The notes below the pieces were generated by a model that saw nothing but the letters and a program-made list of their open reading frames with translations, made no database searches and was not told the DNA's origin. From Callorhinchus milii (lineage: Eukaryota), in the NCBI RefSeq assembly GCF_018977255.1, contig NW_024704742.1, forward strand, positions 32,056,001 to 32,120,000: a DNA stretch of 64,000 nt. The letters are read 5' to 3'. Made by a program: the position numbers and the translations under genes. Positions 14,378-28,200 of the stretch are shown here, piece after piece; within the stretch, counting starts at the first letter, position 1; every line of letters begins with the position of its first letter.

Positions 14378-14780
14378 ACAAAATACAATACAAAATGACA
14401 TTTGTATAGCGCCTTTCACGTCGGGAGGATGTCCCAAGGTGCTGGATAGTAAGCGATTTGGACCTGAGCTGGGGGAGTTGGGATCAGGGAGGGTGGAGGG
14501 CAGAGAGGGTAGGAAGGTGGCCGAAGGCACAGGCGAAGAAGAGGGTCTTGAGATGTGCCTTGAAGGAGACAAGGGAGGGAGCAAGGTGAAGGGAATGTGG
14601 GATGGAATTCCAAAGGTTGGGGGCAGCGAGACTGAAGGCCCGCCCGCCAATGGTGGGGCGGGTTAGGCAGGGGACATGGAGCAGGCTGGAGGCTGCTGAG
14701 TGGAGAGCGTGGACAGGTTGATATGGGGTTAGCAAGTCAGAGGTAGGAAGGATCAAGGCCGTGGAGGGCCTTGAAGGCGA
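14378..14780 (-). mobile_element. L2 LINE 3' end
   Basis: ORF 14484..14798 contains GGRAFSLAAPNLWNSIP...FKAHLKTLFF. Confidence 0.88.
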
Positions 14781-14953
14781 TGAGTTAAGTCCCATCAAAT
14801 GTCTGTGTGTGGAGGGACACTACTGTGTGCAATTGGCTGCCGCGTTTCGCCCACAAAATACACAGCCAATTCACTTTTCTGTATATTCTGTGAAGCTCTT
14901 TGAAATGTCTTAATGGTGTGTTAAGGCATTCCATCAAATGCAGGGACTGTTAT

Positions 14954-15238
14954 TAAGAACATAAGAATTAGGAGCAGGAGTAGGCCATTTGGCCCCTCGA
15001 GCCAGTCCCGCCATTCGATGAGATCATGGCTGATCTTCAGACCTAACTCTAATTACCTGCCTTATCCCCATATCCCCTAATCCCTGTTTTTTTAAAAAAA
15101 TCTATCAGTCTCAGCCTTGAAGTTGTTCAAGGACTGAGCATCTACAGCCTTCTGGGGTAGTGAATTCCATAACTTTACTACCCTCTGAATGAAGAAATGT
15201 TTCCTTAACTCTGTTCTAAAAGGCTGACCCTTAATTTT
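14954..15238 (-). mobile_element. CR1 LINE 3' end
   Basis: taagaacataagaattaggagcaggagtaggcc start is typical of chondrichthyan CR1 3' ends in reverse orientation. Confidence 0.75.
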
Positions 15239-16084
15239 AATTATTAATTATTTTATTATTATTTACCTTAATTATTATTTTTATTATTTTAAGCCCACTG
15301 TTTGTTAAGGAATACGTCAGCCCCACTCTAATGCACCTTTCGCTCGCTCTTTGCTGACTTTTTTTGTGGACTTGTCCATCAATCAAGAACTGTTTGCATT
15401 GAATTTTATAGCAGATGAGCAACCCGCCACCCGCAGGACAAGTACAGACCTGCACAATCCAGATTTCGAACAGTACATCAGTTTTTTTCCATGGGCTGAA
15501 CACTTTTGTAAAAACAAAGGAAAATGCGGTGGAGTTAAACCGAGTGTAACGGTTTAGAAAAGCAGGTATATTTTAAAATTGTAGAGTATTTCAAATATAA
15601 TTGCAAGGAAAAGGGAGTTGGTAAATCTAGTAGTTCATTTTAAGATGTAGAATTTCTAGTAAAAGAGGTGGTTGATCAACAATAGTCATTTACATTTCTA
15701 TAGCACTCTGCATATCGGAAGGACACACATCTGAGAGGAAGCCCAAGTCTTGCAGGCAACGTGATGGGACTCAGGAATGGCATTCCATCTGTCTTGTGAA
15801 ACATCCATTTAGGGATCTGTGGACTGTACAGATTGCACCAGTCACTTGTGAAGGATAAAAAGCCAATAAATTCCTTCAAGATTGTTTCAGGCTTTACTCC
15901 AATCTGAAAACATCTGCAATTGTTGATATTTTCACTAAAACTTTATTTTAAAAAAAACTTCAACTGTACAAAGTTGTCATAAGGTGTATATTGAAAGACT
16001 CACCTTTTGTCAGCTCAGTCTTCCAATCTAAGCCTCAAAGTGAACAAAGGATTTATCTTGACAATCTCAAATTGCAAGGATATT

Positions 16085-16400
16085 CTGTTGGTTGGAGCAC
16101 TCGACTCACAAACAAGAGGACCCAGGTTCAATTCCCAGGCAGAGCAAAACCTTCGGCAAGTTTCCTTACTCCACACGCCTCATTTACCTAGCAGTAAGTA
16201 GGAATCTGGTTGTGAGTCGATTGGCACAGCACTTTCTGGGGGTAATAATCCCTTCCCAAAATAATAATAATGCTGTTTGTGGGACACTGCTGTGCGCAAT
16301 TGGCTGCCCACAAAATTAATTCAATTCACTTTACTCTGTGAAGTGCTTTGAGACGTCTCAACGATGTGAAATGTGCTATCATCAAATGCAAGGATTATTA
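16085..16400 (+). mobile_element. tRNA-derived SINE
   Basis: B box ggttcaattcc, family body and tail. Confidence 0.85.
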
Positions 16401-17227
16401 TGCTTCCTCTTTCTACTCAATCAGTTTCTTACTCAAAGGAGTATTCATCTTTTGAATAGGCTCCTCCTTACATTTCAGCTGCTGACTAGAAATTTCAAAA
16501 GTAAATTTCCCATTGCATCAAATAATTATACATCAATCAGCGGGGCTTTCAAATTCTCTCTCCTATGAGTCAAGCTTGATCACATATTTTTGTTGCAGTC
16601 AATAGCGAACCATTACCTACATAATGGTATATTCTTCTAACATCCTATAGAACAATAATTGCCAAAAATGTCTAGTGATAGCACTATAATTGAAATGTAA
16701 TACTGGATTGCTTTTAAAATGAATCTCGAGTTAACTCGGCAAGGTCAGAGGTATTGCACAAACATCAGGCACAGACAGCTCAGCTCTTGCAAGTGAATGC
16801 TTTCCTCGATCCAGATGAGACTAACATTCTTTTCATATCTGTCTGCATGCCTGAAGCGGGCAGTCACCAATATCTCAGCCATGACTCAATAATAATTTAC
16901 ATTTATATAGCATCCACTTTTCACTTCAGAACTGCGTCTCAAAGGGCTTCACACAACTCCCTGGGAACTCCAGCTGAAGAGGAGCAAAGGAGGAAAGAAA
17001 GTCTGATGGCTCACCTAAAAAAGGGGGAGCAGAACAGATTGGGGACATGAATCAGGCTTGCGTTTGCTCAGCAGGAGTAGTTGGGGCAGGAGCGATGCAC
17101 ATCTCAGAGGTAGTGAGGGGCAAGGCTACGGATGGGTTTGAATGTGAGAGTTTTTCAAAGAGTAATAACCATTTAAAAATTAAGTAATGATCTCTCAAGA
17201 AACAATATTGTCGAGTATTAAAGGCAG

Positions 17228-17233
17228 TTTATT
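17228..17233 (-). terminator. Candidate ANLN polyadenylation signal (AATAAA), implying a 3'UTR of about 1.9 kb
   Basis: AATAAA on the minus strand with a U/GU-rich ttgtttctt tract about 25 nt downstream. Other AATAAA sites occur at 19068, 18772 and 18131. Confidence 0.4.
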
Positions 17234-18342
17234 TCTAAACGTGCATAAAAGACTTGCGATACAAAACTTAATATACCCAATAACATATTTTGAAGGCAAA
17301 CAGGACAGGAATAGAAAAGAACAGAAATTGAAGCAGTACAATAATTTTGCATTCCTTAAAACTTTACAAGGTTAGTGTATAATTTTGGTACATATTTGGC
17401 ACATACACTTACTCAATGCAACTTGTAGTTGGGGCAATAATTGTGTGGCACAAATCCTTTTCATTCCTCCAATCATCCTATGATGACATCTCAATGAATT
17501 CAAATTCAGTGTGCCTGACATTAATATAATCAAAAATGATCAACTTTAAATTCCTACAGTTGGACATCACAAGGAGTTTCATGCATGGGGAGGACAATAT
17601 ATTATTAAAAAAGGTGATCTAAACTTTTTTTTAGTATATTAAATAGCTCACAAAAAAGCACAATTGGCAGGATTTAGAAAGTCATTTCGTAAAAGGCCCC
17701 ACAGACTTTAATTGTTGACTATTAAAAATCTTGTGAAAAGACTCTTTGCTCAAGTTAAATGTCATAGCCTGCAAGCATGAAGCAGGTAATAGATAGCAGC
17801 ACAGTAAGATACATTTCATTTGAAATTATTGCATTGTACACTATGGTACTTCAAAAGCCCCTCCGTTTCAAAATATGGTTTGCAGAAACAAGTGTTATGA
17901 CACCAGATTAAAGATCATTCATTGTAACACCTAGCCCAACATTTTTGGAATTCTTGAATTGATGGCCTGGTAGATTAGTCTCTGTGCTTGAACTCTCAAA
18001 AGACTCGGTCCAGAATCCCACTCTGCAATTCTTCAGTTACCCTTTGCAAGCATGTTGCCGGATTTTAACTGAACCAGCAGTTATTTGACAAAAAAGGACA
18101 TAGGCCAACCCATTCTTGCAAGCAAGCCTGTTTATTGATATAGTGCGGTGGTGGCCAACCTGTGAGCCTCAGGGCTGTCGAGAAGCACTTGCACCCCCAT
18201 CCAAACATCTGTATGAGTTTAGCTAAGTCTGTGTTCAATTGGTAGTACATTTTCGGTTTTATCTTGATTGATGGCAAAAAATCAAGAATTATTCAATCAA
18301 GAAAATGTTGGCCGACCAAAAAGGTTGGCCACCACTGATAGG

Positions 18343-18662
18343 TAATAATAATAATAATCCTTGCATTTGATATAGCTCTTTTCACGTTGGGAGGACATCC
18401 CAAAGCGCTTCACAGAACACACTGTAAAGTGAATTGACTGTATATTTGTGGGCGAACGCGGCAGCCAATGGCGCACAGCAATGTCCCACAAACAGTCGTG
18501 GATTGAAAATGACCAATTTATTATTGTTTTTGGTTTTGGAGGGATTATTATTAGGCTCTGTGTGGAGTAAGGAAACTTGCCCAAGGTTTCACCCTGCCTG
18601 GAATTGAACTTAGGTCTCTCGCTTGCAAAGCAAGGGCTCTAACCCCTGCAGCTACAGGACTC
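18343..18662 (-). mobile_element. Full-length tRNA-derived SINE, L2-like tail variant
   Basis: Head, body and tail intact; shares diagnostic variants with 56393-56710. Confidence 0.9.
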
Positions 18663-19133
18663 AGATTATTGTGACCGTGGATCCAAATATCCTTCCTTCC
18701 TCTGAAGCACAACAATGATAAACTACAGTACATGGGAATGGTTTATAATTTGAACCCTTTCTACCTGCAGATTTATTACTTAATTTCAAGAATAAACAGA
18801 CAACCCTGACTGATCTGTGGCATCTTCTAACTTGTGAAAGAATTCTTGTAACTCAAAATGCCTAGTGCAATACCCTTTTTCTGCAAATAATCAATATACA
18901 TTAGTGTGAACAAAGGCTTCCAAAAAGGATTTTCTGCTTCATCATAAATAGGCTTTCTGCATATAAAATAATTTTTCAGCCACAGTTGAACATCGGGCTT
19001 TTCAAGCACACTGCCTGAAATTTATAAGGCGCAGCAAGCATTTGCACTTGTTCAATGCTCATAATATTTTATTTAGATCCATATGAGGAGAACCCACACA
19101 ATTAAACAAAGCTAATATTGCCACTCAATCTCC

Positions 19134-19254
19134 TTAAATGACCTGGGGTCTATAGCAGGCATCTGGTTGCCAGGTACGAAGATCAACTAGGACCCGATTC
19201 AGCTTCTGCATCCAGAGGTTGCGTTCCTCTTTAGTGTCTGCAGACAACCAGTTT
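19134..19254 (-). CDS. ANLN: ANLN exon 24 coding part ([40 protein letters not shown])
   Basis: tccag|A acceptor; TAA stop at 19136-19134; conserved C-terminus. Confidence 0.97.
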
Positions 19255-22200
19255 CTGGAGTGGTTGGAAAAAAAAAGGAACAATGATGTTAACGGAGTAG
19301 CAGAATAATTAAACTGCGCAACAATGTTTAGTTGTCAGATCTTAAAAACTTCAGCTTCATATTTCTTTGCTATCCTTCAATCAGACTCTTCCACACATCT
19401 CTTAAGGTATTTTTATACATTTCATCCACAAAATATATATTTACAGTATATTCCGTTAAGTGCTTTGGGACATCTTGAAGACATGATAAGGCGCTGTATA
19501 GAATGCAAGGATTATTATTATAAAAATTATATTATTATATATTATAAATTATATATATTATTATAAATTATATATATTATTATTATTTATATTATAAATA
19601 TATATATTATAAAAAATAATATTATATAGAATATATATTCTATATATTATAGAACTGGGATAGATCACAAGGCAAATGCATTACATTTCACATTGCTATT
19701 TAAATTATAATGCTAGAGTATAGACTAAAATTTCAAAGCACTTATAAACCTTAACATGCAGTGATTTCTAACAATTCCTTAATAAGAACTTCTGGTAATC
19801 AAAATATATCATGCACCCAATGCAATGTATATTATGTTGGATTGACAGTTCTCCCAGTTGATGCAACATATTTCCAATTTCCATACGAAGGGATCCAGTT
19901 AGAAATTGCTGCATATCAGAGCCCAATGTATTTTTAAATGCAATTCCATCAATCGCATTCAATTTGAAGTCTGTGATCAGAACCAAATCTAATCTGATCA
20001 CGAGACACATGAAAATAATTTCTCTTACTTGGTGACACAAAGTGTGTTCTTGCACTCGCTGACGAGCGTCTCTCGATCATCCTCTCGTTGAGGTCTTACT
20101 GTGATCAGTTCAAAGGTGTTCGGTCGAGCACAGAATTCCCGGTTAGCCGGGTCTATTTTTCTGCTGGTACAATTAGCCAGGTTTATTCTGCCAAGTGGGC
20201 GCTGCAAGTACAGTAAAATGCCAAAGTTGATTAAACATGTCTAGATGAAATATTTGAGCAGGGTCAGTGAAACCATGTAAATTTAAAGGTTATTTTCCAT
20301 ATATAATGAAGAGTGGGTAAAAACTTTATCCTGAATTTATTAAACAGGAAACTTGAGACTGACTTGATTTATACACATGCAGGTCAAGTTGAGAGCAAGC
20401 CTCAAGTGATATAATTTCACACATGCAAGTGGTAGCATTTCACTAGGCACACACTTCACTCAGGTTGAATTTTATTAAATAAGGTGGATTTTTTTGTCCT
20501 TTTTCTATAAATTCAGTGGAACAATTTTTTAGTAATTTTCTCTCCACCGAATTATGCCTCTCTGCTTTTGGTCTGGTCTCTTGTTGGGTGTAGTTCCATG
20601 GGCACTGGCTGCCATAAGTCAACCCACCTAAGTGGCCATTGCTCATGTATGAGCCTTGGCAGCGAGTGTCAGGCTACTTGATTGCAGAGGGAGTCACAGC
20701 CAAACAGGATCTCTAACCATCCAATTGATACTGACAGACACACACACGCGACCAGTAGAGGGTTCTAAAGAAGGACCAGAAATTCTAGCTGTTTTTCCGC
20801 TACCTTACTCTGGGAAGACAGGGCCAATTTAACCCTTAATGCATCTCCACCTGAAACCAACAAAGTCTGCAACAGCCATGATTCAAAGTTCTTGTTGCGC
20901 AAGCTGCGGTTCTGCACCATCGGGGCTGCCTGTGTGGAGGATATTTAACCCTATGTGCCTTGGGATGCCCCTTTGATGTGAGAGTCGCTATGTAAAATGT
21001 AAATTGTATTGTAATTTGGTGTCGCAACTAATCCATATGATTTTAGCTGCTATGTGCTGTGAGCCACTATTTAGCTGAAGTTTAGTGCCTTCAGCCACTA
21101 TGCCCCGAGGCTCTGGAATTCCCTTCCTCATTCCCTTCACCTCTCTCCCTCTCTTCCTATTTTCAAGTCCCTGCTGAAGACCTTTCTCTTCGACATAGGC
21201 AAATTATTCACTCAGCTGCAGAATAATATAGTCAATTTACTTTATAGTATATTCTGTGAAGCACTTTGAAACATCTCGAAGATGCAATAAGGCACTATAT
21301 CAAATGCAAGGATTATTATTAATATTCTTTTTGTATTGATTTTACCTGTAGCAAGGAATACCAGCTTCTATTCCCTCCATAGCACCTCCCTACCCCTCAG
21401 CTATTGTTTGCTTCCATGACTTGAAGCATTGGAAAGAGCTGGTCTATCTCAGAGCAGTTCAATTGAAGTTAAATAAGCGCAGCTATCTTGAACTCTCCTG
21501 CAATCGAATCTCAATGTATCGGATCCATTTCTGTAGAGATGCCAGCATTATGGTTTTGCTGGGCTAGGCAGCAGTAGATTGGCTTTCAGTCCAGGTCAAA
21601 GCACTTGCTCAGTTAAATAGTTAAAGGACAATGCCGTACAAATGTGACCCATGGTTTCAGAAATTATACTACCAGCTAACAGGTAATTTCTGCATTGCAT
21701 TCTCTAACAGTGTATGGTGCTCAACTCCTTGTTAATGTCTCCATACAAGTGACTAGAGGTAAAGGGTAATGACACACTTAGCAGAAAATTTTACAGGCAG
21801 ACGAAGGGGCTTTTTACCCCTCTAACAGCCAACTTTGACCTTCAAGCAGTTTAGTAATAGATTCAGGCCTCGATTAGTAATGGGTTGCTGGAATTGCTAT
21901 TAGTTCTCACTGGGCAAATTTATCTGTACTGCCGTGCCTCCCACTAAAATGCACAGTGGTTAATTGCACATAATCTAACATCTTAATTTCCTACTCTCAG
22001 TTTAATTTGTAAATGTAATTCCCTGTATTCATTCCTTTAATATTTTAGTCTTGCTATTTAACTATATATTTCGATTCAGATTAATTTCCTGATCTCAGCT
22101 GCATCAATAATGGAAAATTACCATCATCAGCGAATGTGTATCAGCACTTGGACAAGTCTAATGGTCTGGATGAAGGGTAGAGGACAGAATATTCAGGTTT

Positions 22201-25200
22201 AAGATGATACTAAGCTAGGAGGCATAGCAAGTTGTGAGAGTGGGAGCAGGAAGTTGCAAAGAACGTACAGTGAATTGGATAGGTATTCTATAAAGGAGAC
22301 ATTTGCAAGAGGTCATGGAAAAGATAAGTAAATGGTACTGAATGGATTGCCAACAAGCCTTCTTCTGTGGCTATATTTATTTGAGCAAGGCTGTTTAAAG
22401 AAGTTCTCCCAGGAACACAGAACAGATCCAAGTGCTATCAGTAAGCACTTAGTGAAGCAACTTTCCATTTAGGCATGTAATATTTATTCTTCCAGTAGTT
22501 GTTCTAATCTACACTATCATTGTTTTAGTTGGGAACCTAGGTACACAGAATTAGGATACAGTGCCATAGCTCTACTCGTCCTCCCACCTCACAGTGCCAG
22601 TCATTCTCTGTCTTTTTATTAAACTCTCTGTATCAGATCTCTGAATGCAAACTGAAACCTTCTCCATTGGTTAAATCAAACATATGTTAAAGAATACAAG
22701 CATGTGCCTGTTAAAGATTCTCGGCATCTATCATTGTGATATTGTGATCTCAAACCATTTTTTGCAAGGAATGTTTCTGTGCAGACATTTGGAAATACAT
22801 CTCCTGACAAAAGTCCCTAAAGGGTGGAATTTCTGAGGTATGAGGATTTTCTTGATTCAAGTTTTCCTCTGATTACAGTTGGAGTACAACTATCAAAAAT
22901 AGCCACCCTGTACATCTGAATTTCATTAACAGCTCTTCAGTTAAACCTCTACTTTCTGTCCTTATAGTCAATAGCTTCACTACAAACCTTGCATTTTTCA
23001 TCATCTGGATAGGTCCAGTATGAGATGCAGGCTCCTGATAGGACACACCAACGTCTATGCCAAGCTCCAAAACCACTGACATCATGGAACATAGTCTGCA
23101 AGAAGAGAAAGCACCTTCAGTCTAGCAGAAATGAGGCTCAGTCATTTCACCCTTTAAAACACACAAATACACGGCAGACATGTAAAGCACCAAGATATGG
23201 CACACCATGAAAGAACGAGTTTTGCTTATTCATAAGAACAGCAGTGGACATTTAGCCTTTTTTTAAAAAACAGACATCAGTCTTCTGCATTTTAAAATAA
23301 AAATGTCCCACTAACATATGCAAATCTTCATCAGTTCAGCTGATGAAGTCAGTGATGATGAACAGTCAGTAGCATTCTTGCCTCTGGGTCAGAAGGTCCA
23401 AGGACCATGTACCGTGTTGGGTCTTGGAGCTCATGATCCAGGCTGACAGCAGGCTGCAATATTATCGCAATACTGTATTGTCAGAGATACTACCCTTTTG
23501 TTTTGTAGGGTCATCTTCACTCCACATTGAGTTACTCTCTATATCCAATGCCCAGAGGCCCAGTATTATAACCATGGCATATACTAGTCCACTAGATGGT
23601 GCTATTAAACAAATCATGGTCTTGGAACATTAGACAAATGGAAAGAAACAAAGTGAAATCCTGAAAAGTTAAGATTCATATGGTCGATAGACAGATAAGT
23701 ACATTATGAAATCCATCGTAAGTACTGGACAATTACAAATCTTTTCAAATCATCCATTTTAACAAGGGAAATAGGCAGTTTCCTTTTTAATAAAAAATGA
23801 AACCTTGGCTACAACAAGAAGCCAGTAAGACAGCTTACCAGGAATCCATGTTCTTCCACAGAGGAACCAACCTGACACTGTAGCTTCACGTAAATGTGAC
23901 CTTGAATAGGACACAAGAATGGAACCTGAAATCACCCAAAAACATTAAATTGGCATCAGTTCAACAATAAGCATTTTAAAACGCCATTCAAGTCCAACTC
24001 AGTTATTTTTGTTTTGTAGAACATGGCTTTAAACTACAAGTTAATAATAGTAACTGTAAATATTCAGTGAAATCTGAATATTTACAACCCTACCTTTTGG
24101 GGAATATTTCATGTCTTGAATAACTTGTTACTAATTGCTACAAAATGCTTACAGGGTCAAAATGTACTACGTATTCAGACAGAGAAGACTTCGTAACAAC
24201 CAGCACAAAACCTCTATTCATTCTAATGGATGCTAAGCAGCACACATGGATGCTCACAAGTGGGAGGATGGAGCTGGTTACAGAAAATAAACAACTCATT
24301 TAGAAATCCAGCTGTAGCAGAATCGTCTGATCATGTGAGACAGCACAGCTGTGCCATCAGCTTTACTGAAAGATAGATTTTGGAGTTTGAAGGGTTATTT
24401 TTATGGATCAGCACTGCACGTATCAATGTACTACAGCAATATGTTCACCAGATCCTAAAGTCCACAAGCTATAGAAATTTTGCTGATATTTATAACTCTT
24501 CATAAAAAAAACAGATAAGCCTTTATGATCCTGTTCTGAAACTCCATTTGACACCAAGTGGGCACTCAGTACTAAAACTAAATGGGGAGAAACGTTGGGC
24601 AAGTTTTCTTCCTCCACACCGCCTCTGTTCGCCAAGCAGTAAATAGGAACTCGCTTTTTATTATTTTTATGCAATCCCTTCAAAAAAATAATATGGTCAC
24701 TCAATCCACAACTGTTTGTGGGACACTGCTGTGCTCAATTGGGTGCTGCGTTTTGCCCACAAAATATACAGTCAAATCACTTTGCAGTATATTCTGTGAA
24801 GCGCTTTGAGACGTCTCGAAGACATAAGGTGCTATATCAAATGCAAGGATTATTATTATTAAGTGTTTTGATTGAATTAAGCAAGAAAATAAAACACAAA
24901 TGAAGCAATTAACTTTCAAATCAAATTAATGCCTATATGAAAGCAAGCCACAAGCAACCCCATTTCCTGCCATTATATCGGTGAGGAAACCATGTCACCA
25001 CACAAGCTAGTATTATTCAGACACAAAGCCTTTGCTGAATCACCTGCAAGAATCTGTCCAATGGACATGGAATTAAAAGTACTAATGCAGCAATAGACGA
25101 GAAAAAGTTCTCAATAGTGGTTAACCATGGAAACCTAACAAGTACTGAGGCAGAAAATGATATATTTCAGGATAAGAGCAATAGTGTTCAAGTATTCTCT

Positions 25201-28200
25201 CAAAAAACATCTGCCCCCTCCAATATTTACACTACTTTTTTAAAAAAAACAGCAACTAGTTGTCTGACCAGAGCTGTTTGTTTCACACTGTCGGAATCTT
25301 GCCACCAGAAACAGTTAAGTGATAGCATCTAAGCCACTATATGGTTAAACTTTTAAACAAGTTGTATGAACTGAGCATGTTCTTTGTCGGAAAGGTACTT
25401 AACATTATATATACACGAATAAGATCTTTGAGGGTTTAATTTGTTGCATTCTTTTTCAATGAATTTCAGATATTAAAACACAGCATATGCTGAAACACTT
25501 TCTTCTGTCAACCACATTCAGCAGCAACATGCAATGCAACACAAAAAAGCAGTAAAAGCTGCAAAATCACTGAAAACGAGACAGCTGTGGCACAGCAGAT
25601 AGATGGACAAGAACTGTGTTAACAAGGCAAGCAAGGCACCCAGTAACTGCTTGTCCAGACCTTCAAATTTTATCTAGAAGGTAAGAGATACCAGGGTCAT
25701 TTAAAGCAAAAGCTTCTGCATGCTGTTTGCATGGTTACTGTGAATATTAGAATAGTGAAATAAAACAAGGCATCAGCAAGCCACTTCTCCAGTTCTGGCA
25801 CATTCAAAAAGAATATGTTAAAGCAAATAGTTGAATATGGAAATGTAGAGAATTAGAGCAACATCCTGAGAACAATGAAGTTCTTAACTTCTTACATTAA
25901 AATGCTTAAAATAGTTAATTTACATTCAGTTTTGATGAAGGGTTACATCTGAAACATAAACTTGATCACCTGCTGTGCATTTGAGGTATCTTGATTTTAT
26001 TTAAGATTTCCTATATTCATTTCATCTCAAACTAATGTACTTTGTACATCTCTCTTTTCATATGAATCTACATTATTTATAAGCTCTGTTACATACTTAC
26101 AGCAACCGTTTCAAAAAACGGTTTAATTCAAGATCAACTTTCCAATCTTTGGTATCACATTCCAGAAATTATGGCTCATAGCCACTAGTTTAAGTTACTC
26201 TGCTCTCCAAACTAACCCTTGTCAACTACCAAGTGTTTTGAGGATGATTGCTGAAGAGATAGATGAAATTAAACAGTGAAGACTTCATATCTCAGTAATG
26301 TGCTGGGTGGTCCCATCCAATGAATGTTGCTATAATTAGCAATAACAGCAACTCATATTGTAGAATCCCTGTGGGTAGCAAGCAGCTGCAGTCACTTTCA
26401 TTTCAATTTTTTTAAAAAAAAAATATGATTCGCTCCCAAATAAATGGTTGAACATTATACATCAGGAGTATTTAAAGCATGAAAGTCTCAAGAGAAAGTT
26501 AGTCAGTTCATAGTCTCCAGTTTTCTAACCTTATCCAGTTGGAATTTTGTATTTCCTACAGAAGAAAGCACAATCTTGTAGGATCCGACCATGACAAAAT
26601 TACTTGAGCGTACTGCATTTGGGCCTCCAGGACTTGACAGAGCTATTGAGGAAAACAAAATATCCATAAACATTGACCAAACTGACTTCTCCTTCATGGA
26701 ATTACCATAGAATAACTAGCACAATATACCCATTTGTTACATCTTAAGTTCCAGACCAAAAGAAACCCTAATGTCAGTAAAATGACCAGCTCCAGATGCT
26801 GGAGGTTTCTACAAGGAAATGCAATGAACATTGGCCTTCCCAAGCCTCAATCATTTATGATGAGATTTCTGTAGAATGTATTGGTGAACATCAACAACCT
26901 GTATCAGGTGTCAGCCTGGATCAGTTGGTAGTCCTCTCTACTCCGAGTCAGAAAATTGTGGGTTGAAGCCCCATGTTGGAACTTGGAGGTAATAGTGCAA
27001 CACTCGAGTGCAATTCTGTGGGGAATACTGCATTGCCAGTAATGCTGTCCTTGGGATGAGACATTAAATCGAGGATCTGTCTGCCTGTTCAGGTGGACGT
27101 TAAGATCCCATGGCACTATTTGTAAAGAGAAGGGTTTTCTCCCAGCATCCTGGGCAACAATCCCCCAGATAAAATTGGTCACTCACTTCAGGACTGTTTG
27201 TGGGACATTATTGTGTGCAAATTGACTGTCATTCACCTACAAATACAGTCATTATATGTTTGGGACATTTCAATGACAATGAAATAAGACATGTAAGGCT
27301 TGTGATTATCGCAATGTACTTGTAAAGTCCACATTTCAGATGAGCTATGCAAGTACATAATTTATCCTGTTGCAGAAGAGGTTGATTACCTCCAAATTAC
27401 TTGTCTTTATAGGGCTGAATTAGCATGGAAAAGATACATCTAACAAAGCTAGGCCAGTAATCCAAAGCATTTTTATGGTTGAATAGCCAGTGGGGATTAT
27501 CAATGAGACCTGGAGGTGCAGACATGTAAACATATAATCAACCATTTGATCAAGTTCCTAATGTGTCTCTTGCTGTGAAGTTACATTCAAGCTAACTATA
27601 CTATACGCCGCACATCTGTTCTTTCCTCCTCATTAGGCTAAAAATTGCTCAACCAAAGATTTATTGGAAAAACTTGGTCATGGATACAAATAAATTTACT
27701 GATAATATTGGTTGCAGTTGCAAATAGCAGACAAACAGCAGGCAGAATATCAAGTTTTTTTGTAATTGGGCTGAGAAATTGCTTCATTTGAAGAAGAAAA
27801 TTACTTTATAGAACAGTTTTAAAGTTGCAAATGAGGTTTAATCCTGTCGGTAATTATTCTAAATTTTTAAATTTCGGTTGGCTGATTACAGTAAATACAG
27901 TATGCAGGGGTCCTTAAATCTCTTATTAATAATATCAAATCTTTCATCTCGCACTTATAATAGGAAGCATTTCAGTGATTTGGGCTGGATAGACTTAGTT
28001 TGTCACAAGAGAAATTTACATTGTCCCAAAGTATCTCAATTTATAGCAAAAAAACTTTCAACTTACCTGGAGTATGAATATTGCTTTTCTGTTGATAAAA
28101 AAAAATCACAAAATTAGTTATTTTGTTACAATGATCTCTAAACATATCTACAGTAGAATTTGTTAATTCTCAATCCATTAAACAGAACTGTGCAAAAAGA

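Noticed and set aside
15351..15557. Plus-strand open segment after a possible tttatag acceptor
   Set aside because: Peptide not recognised and no partner exons identified.
1..17000. AOAH exons expected from human synteny on the plus strand
   Set aside because: I could not find AOAH C-terminal motifs such as EPVDGFHP or FGDQGGH; the gene may lie outside the window.
20590..20880. Sequence resembling an ancient SINE-like repeat, with a related remnant at about 8560-8900
   Set aside because: Too decayed to name or delimit without a Dfam search.
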